A stretch of 64,000 nt of DNA, taken from a bacterium (GTDB taxonomy: Bacteria > Planctomycetota > Planctomycetia > Pirellulales > Pirellulaceae). Each line of letters begins with the position of its first letter. The first letter of the stretch is position 1. The notes beneath the pieces were generated by a model. It did not search any database. It was not told the origin of the DNA and saw only the letters and a program-made list of their open reading frames with translations. The stretch covers positions 2,475-66,474 of the forward strand of contig JANSWS010000002.1 in the NCBI GenBank assembly GCA_024743355.1. The letters are read 5' to 3'. The position numbers and the translations under genes were made by a program. Positions 1 to 9,819 of the stretch are shown piece by piece.

Positions 1-14
1 CTCTGGCCGGAATT

Positions 15-74
15 GTCGCCTCTTGCTCCGCGAAAGCTGCGGAAAAGTAGCATTCTCGCGGAGCAAGAGGCGAC
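15..74. repeat. REP/REPIN-like long inverted repeat (GTCGCC...GGCGAC family), copy 1
   Basis: Perfect 19-bp arms GTCGCCTCTTGCTCCGCGA (15-33) and TCGCGGAGCAAGAGGCGAC (56-74). A related copy lies at 14922-14982. Confidence 0.8.
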
Positions 75-149
75 TATCGGACACGAATTGATCGAAGGTT
101 ACAGAAGCATTCTATTGCTTGCTTAATCAGTGGCCTAATATGATGGCGT

Positions 150-219
150 AGAATCTATCCGAAAACCGAAGAGAACCGCGGCCAATGCCCAAGCGGCTAA
201 TGCTTTGCGGATAGGTTCT
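150..219. mobile_element. 70-bp MITE-like element, copy 1
   Basis: Imperfect 18-bp terminal inverted repeats AGAATCTATCCGAAAACC / GCTTTGCGGATAGGTTCT. About 81% identical (57/70, hand alignment) to the reverse complement of 23687-23756. Confidence 0.65.
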
Positions 220-238
220 CAATACACCACCGTAGGGG

Positions 239-910
239 ATGGGTGGGAAGAACTTGCCTTATAGCGACGTGCACTCAATGAAGCCTAAGCAGAATCCAAT
301 TGGATTTTTGAAAACAACAGCCATCGGCGGTTTGCTTTTTCTACTGCCCGTGATCGTTGTCGGTGTGCTGATTGGACAATTGGTTCCCATTGTCATGACG
401 ATCAAGGATTTCTTGGCCGACGTTTTGCCGGGATCATTCAAAACTCCACAGGGCGTAGCTTTTCTGGTGCTGCTGTCGATCGCCATCATTCTGTCGTTGT
501 GCTTCGTATGCGGTTTGCTTGCTCGACGATCGCTCGGGCGAAACCTGAACAGCATGTTTGAGAAGAAGCTGATGATGCTCTTTCCTCGCTACGCCATCAT
601 CAAGGAGCAAATGGCGGATAGTATTGGTGGCGAAAAGACAATCAATCAGATGAGGCCCGTCGTCGTGCGTTGGGACGAGCATCTGCGACTGGGGTTTGAG
701 ACCGAACGCGATGAGCAGGCCGCCATCGCGGCAGTCTATATGCCTGGTTCTCCCGACCCGTGGACCGGACATTACGTGATGATCGAAACCAGCCGCATTC
801 AACCGCTGCCGGTCGACTTCGGACAGCTGGTGAGCACCTTTGAGCAACTGGGGCGAGGGTCGACAAAACTGCTGCCTCCCCAGAGCTCAAAGCGGCTTTC
901 GGATTCATAA
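239..910 (+). CDS. DUF502 family membrane protein
   Basis: TTAIGGLLFLLP N-terminus, two TM helices, then LGFETER and VYMPGSPDPWTG motifs typical of DUF502. Confidence 0.8.
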   Translation: MGGKNLPYSDVHSMKPKQNPIGFLKTTAIGGLLFLLPVIVVGVLIGQLVPIVMTIKDFLADVLPGSFKTPQGVAFLVLLSIAIILSLCFVCGLLARRSLGRNLNSMFEKKLMMLFPRYAIIKEQMADSIGGEKTINQMRPVVVRWDEHLRLGFETERDEQAAIAAVYMPGSPDPWTGHYVMIETSRIQPLPVDFGQLVSTFEQLGRGSTKLLPPQSSKRLSDS

Positions 911-979
911 AGGCGATCCAATACGCGGCTCGCGTATCGCCGACTCGATCCGTCAAGCTAGGCAAAATTGTTTGCCTCG

Positions 980-2212
980 CTATGCCGGATGTTCTTTCCC
1001 CAAATCTTCGTTTTCCAGGTGCTCTTTGTCGGAGCGATCTTTGTTCGATCGCAGAGTGCTGGCCCGCTTCAAGGCATCGTGGCCGAATTCCCGACGAATG
1101 CGGTCCGTGGCTGCGTCGAGATCCGCTGACTTGAGCTCGGCGGCAATCTCCGACGGATTCTCGAACAATCCGAGTTGGATGGGGCGCTGCTTCTCAAGTC
1201 CCGAGACGCCGACTCCCACAAGCCTTACCTCCAGCTTTCGCTGCGGAAGCGTCTGGTGCAACAAGCGACTGACCTCGGGCCATAGCCTATCGGTAGCATG
1301 AGTCGCACGCTGAAAAGTGTATGAGCGGGTGAGCGTGTGGAAATCGCTGTAGCGGAGCTTCAAACAAATCGTGCGTCCGCGGAGCCCACTACGTCGTAAT
1401 CGTTCGGCTACTTGTTCGGTCAACTCCAAGAGTCTGCTAGCCAAGATGTCCCTATCGCCGACGTCGATGGCGAAGGTGGTTTCGTGAGAAATGCTTTTGG
1501 CTTTGCGTTCCGGTGTTACGGTCCGCGAATCGATACCCTGGGAGAGCTTCCAGAAATGCTCCCCTACGGACCCGAACAGCTGGCGAGCCGTTTCCTTTCC
1601 TAACGCGCGAAGTTGTCCAAAGGTATGAATTCCAACGGATTCAAACTTGCCGGCCGTTACACGTCCCACACCCCAGATCCGGCTAATCGGCAGCGGGTCC
1701 AACCAAGGCTGAACGTTGTCTGCCGGGACGACGGTGAATCCGTCGGGCTTCTCCAGATCGCTGGCGAGCTTGGCCAGAAACTTATTGGGTGCGACACCCA
1801 CGGAAGCGATCAGTCTTAGCTCACGGTGAATGTCAGCCTTAATGCGTCGAGCAATTTGTTCCGCGGAACCAAACAGACGCTGTGAGCCGCTGACATCCAA
1901 AAACGCTTCGTCTAGCGAGAGTGGCTCTACCAGTGGTGTATAGCGGTGGAAAATATCGCGGATTTGATGCGAAATTTCGGCGTAGAATCGCATTCTGGGA
2001 CGGACGATATTCAGCCGAGGGCACAGCTGCAATGCGCGACGGGCGGGCATCGCACTGTGGATACCATACTCGCGGGCTGCATAATTCGCGGCGGAAACCA
2101 CGCCGCGGCCCTCCGGCGATCCGCCGACAATCAACGGATGACTTTTCAGCTTCGGATTCTCGCGCTCTTCAACCGACGCGTAGAAAGCGTCCATGTCAAC
2201 ATGCAGAATCAT
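980..2212 (-). CDS. dinB: DNA polymerase IV (Y-family)
   Basis: ILHVDMDAFYASVE, SLDEAFLD and APNKFLAKLASD motifs, plus a little-finger domain. Confidence 0.97.
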   Translation of the reverse strand: MILHVDMDAFYASVEERENPKLKSHPLIVGGSPEGRGVVSAANYAAREYGIHSAMPARRALQLCPRLNIVRPRMRFYAEISHQIRDIFHRYTPLVEPLSLDEAFLDVSGSQRLFGSAEQIARRIKADIHRELRLIASVGVAPNKFLAKLASDLEKPDGFTVVPADNVQPWLDPLPISRIWGVGRVTAGKFESVGIHTFGQLRALGKETARQLFGSVGEHFWKLSQGIDSRTVTPERKAKSISHETTFAIDVGDRDILASRLLELTEQVAERLRRSGLRGRTICLKLRYSDFHTLTRSYTFQRATHATDRLWPEVSRLLHQTLPQRKLEVRLVGVGVSGLEKQRPIQLGLFENPSEIAAELKSADLDAATDRIRREFGHDALKRASTLRSNKDRSDKEHLENEDLGKEHPA

Positions 2213-2508
2213 TGTCGGTCAGCCCTGGACGCCAGCGGTTTTTGAGTCGGGTTCAAGCTTGCTCAGACGCTTTCAATTCCAAATGACGAGTGACGAAGTG
2301 TTCGCCGATATAAAGCCTTTCATGGTTGGGTTTCACAAGCGGCTTTCCATTGCGGTCCGTCATCAGCAACGCATTTTAGCGAATCGCCGTCTCGTCACGC
2401 GGCCTTTCGGACAGTCTGCCGCAAGCCTCACTCTCAGGAACGGATCCCGCACCTCCCGACCTGTGTGACCCGCTACTGAAATGACGGTGCAGCGGCTAGA
2501 CTTTTCGT

Positions 2509-4818
2509 ATGCCGAAGAATCCCAGGAAAATTGCAAATTCGACCGACCGCCGTGCGGACCAGAAGCCGGCCAATCCCGCTATGGGTGAGCGCATCTTCTT
2601 GCGGACGCCCTATTTTGCCAAGAAACAGGCTTGGGCTTGGGGTGTGGCGGTTTGCTTCTTGATCTACGCGCTGTGGTTTTTTCGGCAGCCGGCCTCCTTG
2701 CCGCTGACCGATCCCGAAGGCATGACGGCTAATCGTCTGGCGGAACTTTTTGTAATGCCCATGACCCTTGCCGATATGCGAGGAGACGGAGTTCAGGAGT
2801 TGGGGTGGACCGATCGAATACCGATCGTGCTGGCCGCCATACTATGGCTGGCACTGGCATTCTGGAGCGGGCGCAAATGGGTGTCGCCGTTGTTGAGAAG
2901 ACAGGGGTGGTTGGTGACAGTCCCTGTCGCGGCCTTGGTCGGTCTGGCACTTCTGTCTAGCTTGACCCTCGTGGTGGGCCTGGCTGGAGGATTGCAATCG
3001 CGTTGGCCCCTGCTGTTGAGCGTACTGTCGCTAGCGGCCATCAGTTGGTTGTGGCCAAACGCCAAAGCGATCGAGTCCCCCGAGCAGGAAAGTTCCGATG
3101 CCACTTGGGAACTCGAGCCATCGAATCTGGGCGGGTTGTGGATGATGCGGTTGATCCCTCTGATGACTTGTGTGCTCGCCGCTCTATACGTGCTTGGTGG
3201 GGCCATGCCGCCGTGGGAGTACGACGTCTTGGAATATCATCTGCAGGCTCCCAAGGAATATTATCGGCAAGGCTCCATTCGTTTCATCGCCAACAACGTC
3301 TATGCCAATATGCCTCTCGGTACCGAGATGCACAGCCTGGCATGGATGACTCTCATCGGAGGCGAGCGCGGTTGGTGGTGGGGGGGCATTGTCGGAAAGA
3401 CGATCTCGGCCGCCGTTTCGCTGCTCACCGCCGCCATGCTGGGTGGATTGGTGGGGCGAAGACTCGGAAGAAATTGCGGCTGGGCCATCGCGGGACTGTT
3501 TCTGGCAACCGCCGGAAATATCCACGTCAGCTCCACCGGACTCGTGGACATGGTGCTAGCCGGCTATCTGTTCGCATCCCTAGTGTCGTTGGCGTTGGTG
3601 CTGCCAAAGATTGGCAGCGTCCAGGTGAGTTTCCGAGACTATCTGGTAATCGGATTGCTTGCCGGCGCGGCCGGGGCGTGCAAATACCCTGGGCTGGTTC
3701 TGGCTGTCGTGCCATGTTTTTGCGTTTTGGGCTTTTGCGTTTTGGCCAATGCCTGCAGCGCCGGCAAGTCGTGGTCGGATTTATGGGTGATGACCGTGAC
3801 TTTTGTATTGGCGTTCGGCGTCACCTGCCTGCCCTGGCTGATCAAGAACTGGGCGCAGACAGGCAATCCAGTTTATCCGTTGGCTACCAGCTTTTTTCCA
3901 ACGCCGGGCATGTCGGTCGAGCAAGTGGAAAACTGGGCGCGTGTTCACAGTCCGCCATCCGTTGACGGCGTCCCTGCATTCTCCATCACGGCGGCCGCCA
4001 AATCAGTTCAGCAACTAATGGTGCGTTCTCCGTTCTTGAATCCAAGCCTGGTTTTTCTTTCACTGCTTGGCATTTTGGCGTTGGTCGCCCGACGCGAAAC
4101 ACGTTGCGGCACATTATGGACGGTAGCCCTGGCAAGTACGGTTTGGGTTTTGGCCGTATGGTGGTTCTTTACGCATCGTATTGACCGCTTCTGGTTGCCC
4201 GTGCTTCCGGCCATGAGTTTGCTGGCAGCCTTAGGCGCCACCTACGCGGCTCGCCAGGCTTCGCGGACGGTTGTGATCGCTATCGTCTTTGTCGGAGTCG
4301 GTTATGGTCTGTTACAGGCTCTATCCGGGGCCGCCGTCAATGACAATCGTTTTCTCGTCAGTCTGCGGGCATTGAGTGACGAATGGGATGGCCGCGGAGA
4401 AGCGCCGCCTGGAAACCGATCGGTGGCCTGGGTGAATGCCAATTTGACCGCCCAGGATCGCGTGCTCTTAATTGGAGAGATGAAGGCCTTCGGTTATCAG
4501 GTCCCAATTGTTTTTGCCACGTGTTTCAACGAGCAGCCCGCCGAACAGTGGCTGGCCGGGAAATCAACTCAAGAGCAGTCCCAAAGCTTGCAGGCCCAGG
4601 GCATCACGCATGTGCTTGTCGATTGGGGAGAGTTGGAACGCTACCGCAGTCCAGGCAATTACGGTTTTAGTGACTGGCCGAGTCGGGAACAAATCAAGGC
4701 CATGGTGGACTCAGGCTTACTGCGTCCGCTAGAGACTTCCATGGACCCCGAGCTGGTCGAAGTCTTCCAAGTGCGACAGGGATCGATCGATGATCCCAAC
4801 GCCGCTCCGCAGGGATAA
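2509..4818 (+). CDS. Polytopic membrane protein, probable GT-C (ArnT/PMT-like) glycosyltransferase
   Basis: 769 aa with many TM helices, DVLEYHL loop motif, ACKYPG, PWLIKNWAQTGNPVYP and RFWLP motifs, and a periplasmic C-terminal domain. Confidence 0.65.
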   Translation: MPKNPRKIANSTDRRADQKPANPAMGERIFLRTPYFAKKQAWAWGVAVCFLIYALWFFRQPASLPLTDPEGMTANRLAELFVMPMTLADMRGDGVQELGWTDRIPIVLAAILWLALAFWSGRKWVSPLLRRQGWLVTVPVAALVGLALLSSLTLVVGLAGGLQSRWPLLLSVLSLAAISWLWPNAKAIESPEQESSDATWELEPSNLGGLWMMRLIPLMTCVLAALYVLGGAMPPWEYDVLEYHLQAPKEYYRQGSIRFIANNVYANMPLGTEMHSLAWMTLIGGERGWWWGGIVGKTISAAVSLLTAAMLGGLVGRRLGRNCGWAIAGLFLATAGNIHVSSTGLVDMVLAGYLFASLVSLALVLPKIGSVQVSFRDYLVIGLLAGAAGACKYPGLVLAVVPCFCVLGFCVLANACSAGKSWSDLWVMTVTFVLAFGVTCLPWLIKNWAQTGNPVYPLATSFFPTPGMSVEQVENWARVHSPPSVDGVPAFSITAAAKSVQQLMVRSPFLNPSLVFLSLLGILALVARRETRCGTLWTVALASTVWVLAVWWFFTHRIDRFWLPVLPAMSLLAALGATYAARQASRTVVIAIVFVGVGYGLLQALSGAAVNDNRFLVSLRALSDEWDGRGEAPPGNRSVAWVNANLTAQDRVLLIGEMKAFGYQVPIVFATCFNEQPAEQWLAGKSTQEQSQSLQAQGITHVLVDWGELERYRSPGNYGFSDWPSREQIKAMVDSGLLRPLETSMDPELVEVFQVRQGSIDDPNAAPQG

Positions 4819-4918
4819 AGTCTGGGGGCGGTGCGAGACCGCTTCTCAGGACAAGTGCCCCAGTGTTGGCTGGGTCCAGTGTTGAGTGTTGACTGGGTCC
4901 AGTGTGACTGGGGCCAGA

Positions 4919-5104
4919 CTATTCCGCTTGATCAAGCGACTGATGACCGCGCTGTTCCGCGGGGGGCTTGTCGTCGATCAGCATGCGTAGCGGAGGGGAA
5001 TCGAGATCGTCGTACTGGCCGCTGCGAATGGTGATAATACAGGCCCAAAGTCCAGCAGCACCCAACAACAAAGCGATGGGCAAGGCAATGTAGAGTACGC
5101 TCAT
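4919..5104 (-). CDS. ccoS: cbb3-type oxidase assembly protein CcoS
   Basis: MSVLYIALPIALLLG...SGQYDDLDSP. Last gene of the cco operon, overlapping the ccoI stop. Confidence 0.93.
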   Translation of the reverse strand: MSVLYIALPIALLLGAAGLWACIITIRSGQYDDLDSPPLRMLIDDKPPAEQRGHQSLDQAE

Positions 5105-7707
5105 AAATTGAGCTCCTCGAAACTTCGGGAAGCCAGGGTGACTGCCATGACGCTAACGGAGCTGATCGGCATGAGCACTGCGGCGACCAACGGGCTGATT
5201 AATCCGGCCATGGCGAAGGCAACCGCGATCATATTATAGGCCAGGGATACTGCAAAGGTGATATAGATGACGCGAGTTGTTTGTGACGAGCCTCGAAACA
5301 ATTGAACCAGACTGGAGAGCTTGCCGGTGGCAATAAAAACCGGAGCTGCTTGCAAGCTCACTTCGGCCCCGCCGCGGACCGCGATACCTGTGTCCGCAGC
5401 AGCCAGCGCAGCTGCGTCGTTGGCTCCGTCTCCCACCATGGCGACCTGTTTGAATTGAGCGCGACTGCGATGGATGGACTGCAGTTTCTCTTCGGGACTC
5501 AGACCGCCAAAACATTGATCTTCGGGCAAACCCAATTGCTGTCCCACCAGCCTGGTGATACTGGGGTGATCGCCGGAAAGAATGCCGACCTGCCAGCCCA
5601 GGTTTTTCAGGCGGTTGATGACAGATTTGGCGTTCTCGCGAAGCGGATCTGCCAGCCCGACCAACGAGACCACCGCACCGTCCACCGCGATGTAGATCGG
5701 CGTCTCACCTTGCCCTAAAAAGGTCTCCGCGGCGGCGGAAATATCTGGCGGGATATAAATGCCCTGAGCTTGCATGAGCTGGCGGTTGCCGACGGCGATG
5801 GCATGTTCTTCCGCGATTCCAAGTATCCCGCCCGTAACCAATTGTTCAAGCTGGCCGTCTCCTACAGGTTCTAATCCGCGTCGAGCGGCTTCGCGGGTGA
5901 TGGCTTGCCCGATGGGGTGTACGCAATGCTCTTCAACGGCTGCCGCTAGCCTTAAGCCCTGTTCTGAGCCGACCAGACTGGTGACCCTTTGTCGGCCTTC
6001 GGTCAAGGTTCCCGTCTTGTCAAACCAAACGTAGCCAGGCTTGGAGAGTTGCTGAAAGGCAGAGCCGTCGCGAATGAGAATGCCGGCGCGAGCAGCTCGG
6101 CCCAAGCCAACCGCGACTGCCAGGGGTGTGGCTAGAGCCAAAGCACATGGGCAGGCAACAATGAGTAAGGCCGTAGCATGGGAAGTGGCCGTGGAAAGAT
6201 CCGCGTAACGCAACCAAAGCAAAAAAGTGATGGTGGCTAGTACGGTAACCGTGATGACAAAGTATCCTCCCACTTTGTCGGCAAGCATTACGATGGGCGT
6301 CTTTTCCGCCGACGCGGCTTCAACCGACTGCATGACCTTTCCGATACGGCTAGCATCACCGGTCGCCGAAACACGTACTTGCACTGGAGATTTGAGATTC
6401 ACCATGCCAGCGCAAACCTGGCTGCCAGGCTTGGCTTGAATCGGTACGCTTTCACCCGTCAATAACGATCGGTCCACGGCAGTCTCACCAGACACGATCT
6501 CTCCGTCCGCAGCGACACTCTCACCCGGAGCGACTAAAATCTCGTCACCGGGCATCAGGCTGTCCACCATCACTTGGCGAGTTTGTCCCTCGCGCACCAA
6601 GGTAGCGTGCTGCGGCGTAATGCGGAGCATCAAGTCGACGGCTCGTGCCGCCCGGCGTTGTTGACGAAACTGAATCCACCGCCCAATGAGCAAAAAGAAC
6701 ACCAGGGTGGCCAGAGAGTCAAAGTACACATGACCACTGCCGCGGAAGGCATTCCATAGTCCCACTGCGGCTCCCACCGAGAGTCCCAAAGCCACCGGCA
6801 AATCCATGTGGGGAGTCCAAGTCCGCAAGGCTGCCAGAGCACCCGTAAAAAAAGTTCTTCCCGGTCCCATGACCGCCGCGATACCCAGCGCGGTCCCCAT
6901 CAGCCCCAAGAAATATCGGTGATCCGCGGCGACGCCCGTAAATTCACCGGCATACAGGGCGATGGCAATCCACATGGCGTTTGCCGCCAGAAATCCCGCA
7001 ATGGCTATCTGGATCAGCAGCCGGCGATTCTCCAAATGGATATGGTTTTCTTGGGATGCGTCGTAGGGTGCCAGCTGATAACCCAGGCTGTCCATCAGCC
7101 GAGCAATTTCGCTGAGCTTTATCCGCTGCGGATCATAAATGAGCTGAAACGTGTGCTCGCTCATCTTGATCCGCGCGGAGAGGATTCCCGGTTTTCTGAG
7201 CGATGCATTCTCAATCAGCCACGAACAGGCACCGCAGTGCAGACCGTGCACGGCCAGTTCCGTCGAACAAGTGCCATCGTTTCGCACGCGTGGCGTCGAG
7301 GGACCTAGATACTCCGGTGACTCAAATTGTTCAAAGCGCTCCGACTGTCCGGCTGCTCGGGCGGCCCCGGTCAGCTTGGCCTGGTCACGTAGAGCGTAAA
7401 AATCGCCTAGCCCCCAACCCTGGATCAAATGGTAAGCGGCACGACAACCGGGACAGCAAAAAACTTGATTTGCCGCTGTGTCGCTTGCGGAGGGTGTCGG
7501 CTCACCGCAATGGATGCAGGGCAGCGTCTGCTCGCTATCGACGCTCGGCCCTGAATCAGCCGCAGCTGAACGGTGCTGGTCGCTGGCTGAATCGGAACGG
7601 CCCTGGCCGGTGGCGGGAGCTTCTCGAGACTCTGTTCGTAATGAGGCTTTCACCTCCGGCGTTACGTCCACGGACGTTTCCGAAGAGCCTGCCGGTTCGA
7701 GCATCAA
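5101..7707 (-). CDS. ccoI: Copper-translocating P1B-type ATPase CcoI/FixI
   Basis: CIHCG/FCCPGC N-terminal Zn domain, HCGAC HMA motif, and TGES, CPCAL, DKTGT and GDGAND motifs. Located in the cco operon. Confidence 0.95.
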   Translation of the reverse strand: MMLEPAGSSETSVDVTPEVKASLRTESREAPATGQGRSDSASDQHRSAAADSGPSVDSEQTLPCIHCGEPTPSASDTAANQVFCCPGCRAAYHLIQGWGLGDFYALRDQAKLTGAARAAGQSERFEQFESPEYLGPSTPRVRNDGTCSTELAVHGLHCGACSWLIENASLRKPGILSARIKMSEHTFQLIYDPQRIKLSEIARLMDSLGYQLAPYDASQENHIHLENRRLLIQIAIAGFLAANAMWIAIALYAGEFTGVAADHRYFLGLMGTALGIAAVMGPGRTFFTGALAALRTWTPHMDLPVALGLSVGAAVGLWNAFRGSGHVYFDSLATLVFFLLIGRWIQFRQQRRAARAVDLMLRITPQHATLVREGQTRQVMVDSLMPGDEILVAPGESVAADGEIVSGETAVDRSLLTGESVPIQAKPGSQVCAGMVNLKSPVQVRVSATGDASRIGKVMQSVEAASAEKTPIVMLADKVGGYFVITVTVLATITFLLWLRYADLSTATSHATALLIVACPCALALATPLAVAVGLGRAARAGILIRDGSAFQQLSKPGYVWFDKTGTLTEGRQRVTSLVGSEQGLRLAAAVEEHCVHPIGQAITREAARRGLEPVGDGQLEQLVTGGILGIAEEHAIAVGNRQLMQAQGIYIPPDISAAAETFLGQGETPIYIAVDGAVVSLVGLADPLRENAKSVINRLKNLGWQVGILSGDHPSITRLVGQQLGLPEDQCFGGLSPEEKLQSIHRSRAQFKQVAMVGDGANDAAALAAADTGIAVRGGAEVSLQAAPVFIATGKLSSLVQLFRGSSQTTRVIYITFAVSLAYNMIAVAFAMAGLISPLVAAVLMPISSVSVMAVTLASRSFEELNL

Positions 7708-8624
7708 TGCGTCGCGTCCTTCGACTTGGCATCGGTTTCCCGAGACGCCGGGGTCGTTCCAGGGGGTTTCGCGTTGGTTCCATGGTCCACGCAGCAGGGA
7801 AGCGGGGCGTCAACCAGCACCTCGACGGCCTGATAGAAGTCGCCGGGAGCTTGGCTTTCGGCGGCCGCCGGCTGTCCATTCAATGGCATGCTGGAGCGGA
7901 GCATCATGTCGCTGGCAGCCTGCAGATCGGTCAACGAGTTCAATTGTGCAAAGCCCCGACCCGACGCTGTGTAACAGCCGCCCGCGATCAGCAGTATTGC
8001 CACCGCAGCTGGAACCAGTTTGCGAAAGCGTTGCGCGAGAGAGTGCGTACCAACCACCAAACCCACCAAGGCAGGAACGGTTCCCAACCAGAAGGCCGCC
8101 ATCACCAGCGAACCGGCTAACCAGGTGCCTGTCCCGGCCGCCACCAAAGCGAACAGATAGAGCCAGCCACAAGGGAGCAAGGCAGTCAATAAACCTGTCG
8201 CCAAGGCTCGTGCCGTCAGAGGCAATTGAAAAATCATGGGCCTTAAGCGAATTAGAATTCGCGTCATCAACGGTGGCTGAGTCGGAGTTGGTGCGACACG
8301 ACGCGAACGATGGAAAAGATTCCAAAGTTGATATCCGCCCAGGAACACCATCAAGAGTCCCACGATGCGGGCAGCCACCAACTGAATTCCAATCCATTGT
8401 CCGCCCATATCCATCAACCCGCCTACCCAACCCGCTACGGCTCCTGCCAGCGTGTAAGTCAATAGGCGTCCGAGGTGATAGCCAGCGGTGGCAGTTGCCG
8501 CGCGGTGGCGACTCACGTTTTCTCCACTGCCGCTGGCCCACAACGCCAGCGGACCACACATGCCGACGCAATGCATGCTACCCAGCAGGCTGGCGGTTGC
8601 AACGGCACCGATCAGAATCCACAT
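7704..8624 (-). CDS. DsbD_2/TauE-SafE-like membrane protein (cbb3 assembly)
   Basis: GSMHCVGMCGP and LLPCGWLY motifs, C-terminal PCCVDH. Located in the cco operon. Confidence 0.85.
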   Translation of the reverse strand: MWILIGAVATASLLGSMHCVGMCGPLALWASGSGENVSRHRAATATAGYHLGRLLTYTLAGAVAGWVGGLMDMGGQWIGIQLVAARIVGLLMVFLGGYQLWNLFHRSRRVAPTPTQPPLMTRILIRLRPMIFQLPLTARALATGLLTALLPCGWLYLFALVAAGTGTWLAGSLVMAAFWLGTVPALVGLVVGTHSLAQRFRKLVPAAVAILLIAGGCYTASGRGFAQLNSLTDLQAASDMMLRSSMPLNGQPAAAESQAPGDFYQAVEVLVDAPLPCCVDHGTNAKPPGTTPASRETDAKSKDATH

Positions 8625-8750
8625 CTGTCATCCACGTTTCTATTTGAAGGGCCGCGACTGTCGCGACGGAACTGGGCTGAAAACGAATTTCGGAGGGCAC
8701 GCAGGCGGATGCTGGTGAGCACAGAAGCGAATCCAATCCTGGCTTTTTTC

Positions 8751-9236
8751 TCAAGCGGGCGCGATTCGAACACTGCTGACGGGCTGCGATTCTTTGACAG
8801 GTTCCGCAGGAAGCTTGAGCACCAATACCGGACAATGCACAAGCCGCGTTACTTTCTCCGCTACCGAGCCCAGCAACAGTCGCGAAAAACCCGTGCGGCC
8901 ATGCGAGCCGACAATCACCAGATCGGCATGCAAGCCTTCGGCGAATTCAGTAATCACGCGGCCCGGATCCCCAAGTTGGACCTCCAACTGCAAGTTGCCA
9001 AACTGGGATGTGGGAAGTGTCTCAGCCAAAGCCTGCCGCGCGTGGTCAATGCGGCTTTGGTCGTCGACGGTATCCCAAACAGCTCCGGGATCTGTGGGAA
9101 TCATAAAGGGCAGCACGTGCAAAACATGGACGTGGTTGGGCTGTTCCGCGATTTCCACTGCCCGGTGAATCGCTTGTCTGGCATGGTCGGAAAAATCAAA
9201 GGGCACGACAATGGGACCTTGAACACTCCACGGCAT
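8751..9236 (-). CDS. Universal stress protein (UspA family)
   Basis: IVVPFDFSD and DLVIVGSHGRTGFSRLLLGSVAEKVTR motifs. Start refined to ATG 9236 (track start 9290). Confidence 0.92.
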   Translation of the reverse strand: MPWSVQGPIVVPFDFSDHARQAIHRAVEIAEQPNHVHVLHVLPFMIPTDPGAVWDTVDDQSRIDHARQALAETLPTSQFGNLQLEVQLGDPGRVITEFAEGLHADLVIVGSHGRTGFSRLLLGSVAEKVTRLVHCPVLVLKLPAEPVKESQPVSSVRIAPA

Positions 9237-9277
9237 CGCTTGTACTCCCCGTAAATTTAAGGAATGAACTGCCTCAG

Positions 9278-9781
9278 CTATTCTACCCACAACTCACTGG
9301 AGTCGGCTGCGATTCCGTGATCTCCTTCCACTTGCAGATCGATCTGCCATTGCCCGCTCTGTGTAAGAGCCGTTTGACCGGCGTACAAACCGGGCGAAAT
9401 CTCCTGAAGCTTGAGCTGGTAAATGTCGGCGCCGCGTGCGTGGTGAAAAAGTCGTGCCGAAAGGTTCAGATTTTCGACGGGTCGCTGTTTTGAATCTTGC
9501 ACTTGGATGCGCACTTCACGTCGCTTGGTTTGTGGGTCAACGGGACCAACAAAGCGCATGATCTTCCATCTTAAATCCAGCATCAATTTTCGTGCGCGAC
9601 GCGTCGAATCCCAGTTGACCGCCGACTGGTAGTAGTTGGGGATGATGGCCGCCGAGGAATCGCCGGTGGCCAACATGACAGTAAAGACGCCCGTGACGAC
9701 CTGCAATCCAAGCAGGCCGACAATAATGCTGACCCATACCCGTCTCGCACGACGTTCGGCTTGAGCAATGTCATTTTCCAT
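9278..9781 (-). CDS. ccoH: FixH/CcoH family protein
   Basis: N-terminal TM helix, NYYQSAVNWD motif and Ig-like C-terminal domain. Follows ccoG. Confidence 0.85.
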   Translation of the reverse strand: MENDIAQAERRARRVWVSIIVGLLGLQVVTGVFTVMLATGDSSAAIIPNYYQSAVNWDSTRRARKLMLDLRWKIMRFVGPVDPQTKRREVRIQVQDSKQRPVENLNLSARLFHHARGADIYQLKLQEISPGLYAGQTALTQSGQWQIDLQVEGDHGIAADSSELWVE

Positions 9782-9819
9782 GTTGATATGGACCTCTCAA
9801 TATCGGCCAGGTGTGCTTG

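Noticed and set aside
2213-2508. LexA box upstream of dinB
   Set aside because: One TGTTC half-site was seen but no convincing dyad, and I do not know the planctomycete LexA motif well enough to call it.
7203-8647. Long plus-strand ORFs opposite ccoI and DsbD_2
   Set aside because: Antisense shadows in GC-rich DNA with no recognisable motifs. The same applies to most short overlapping ORFs in the track.
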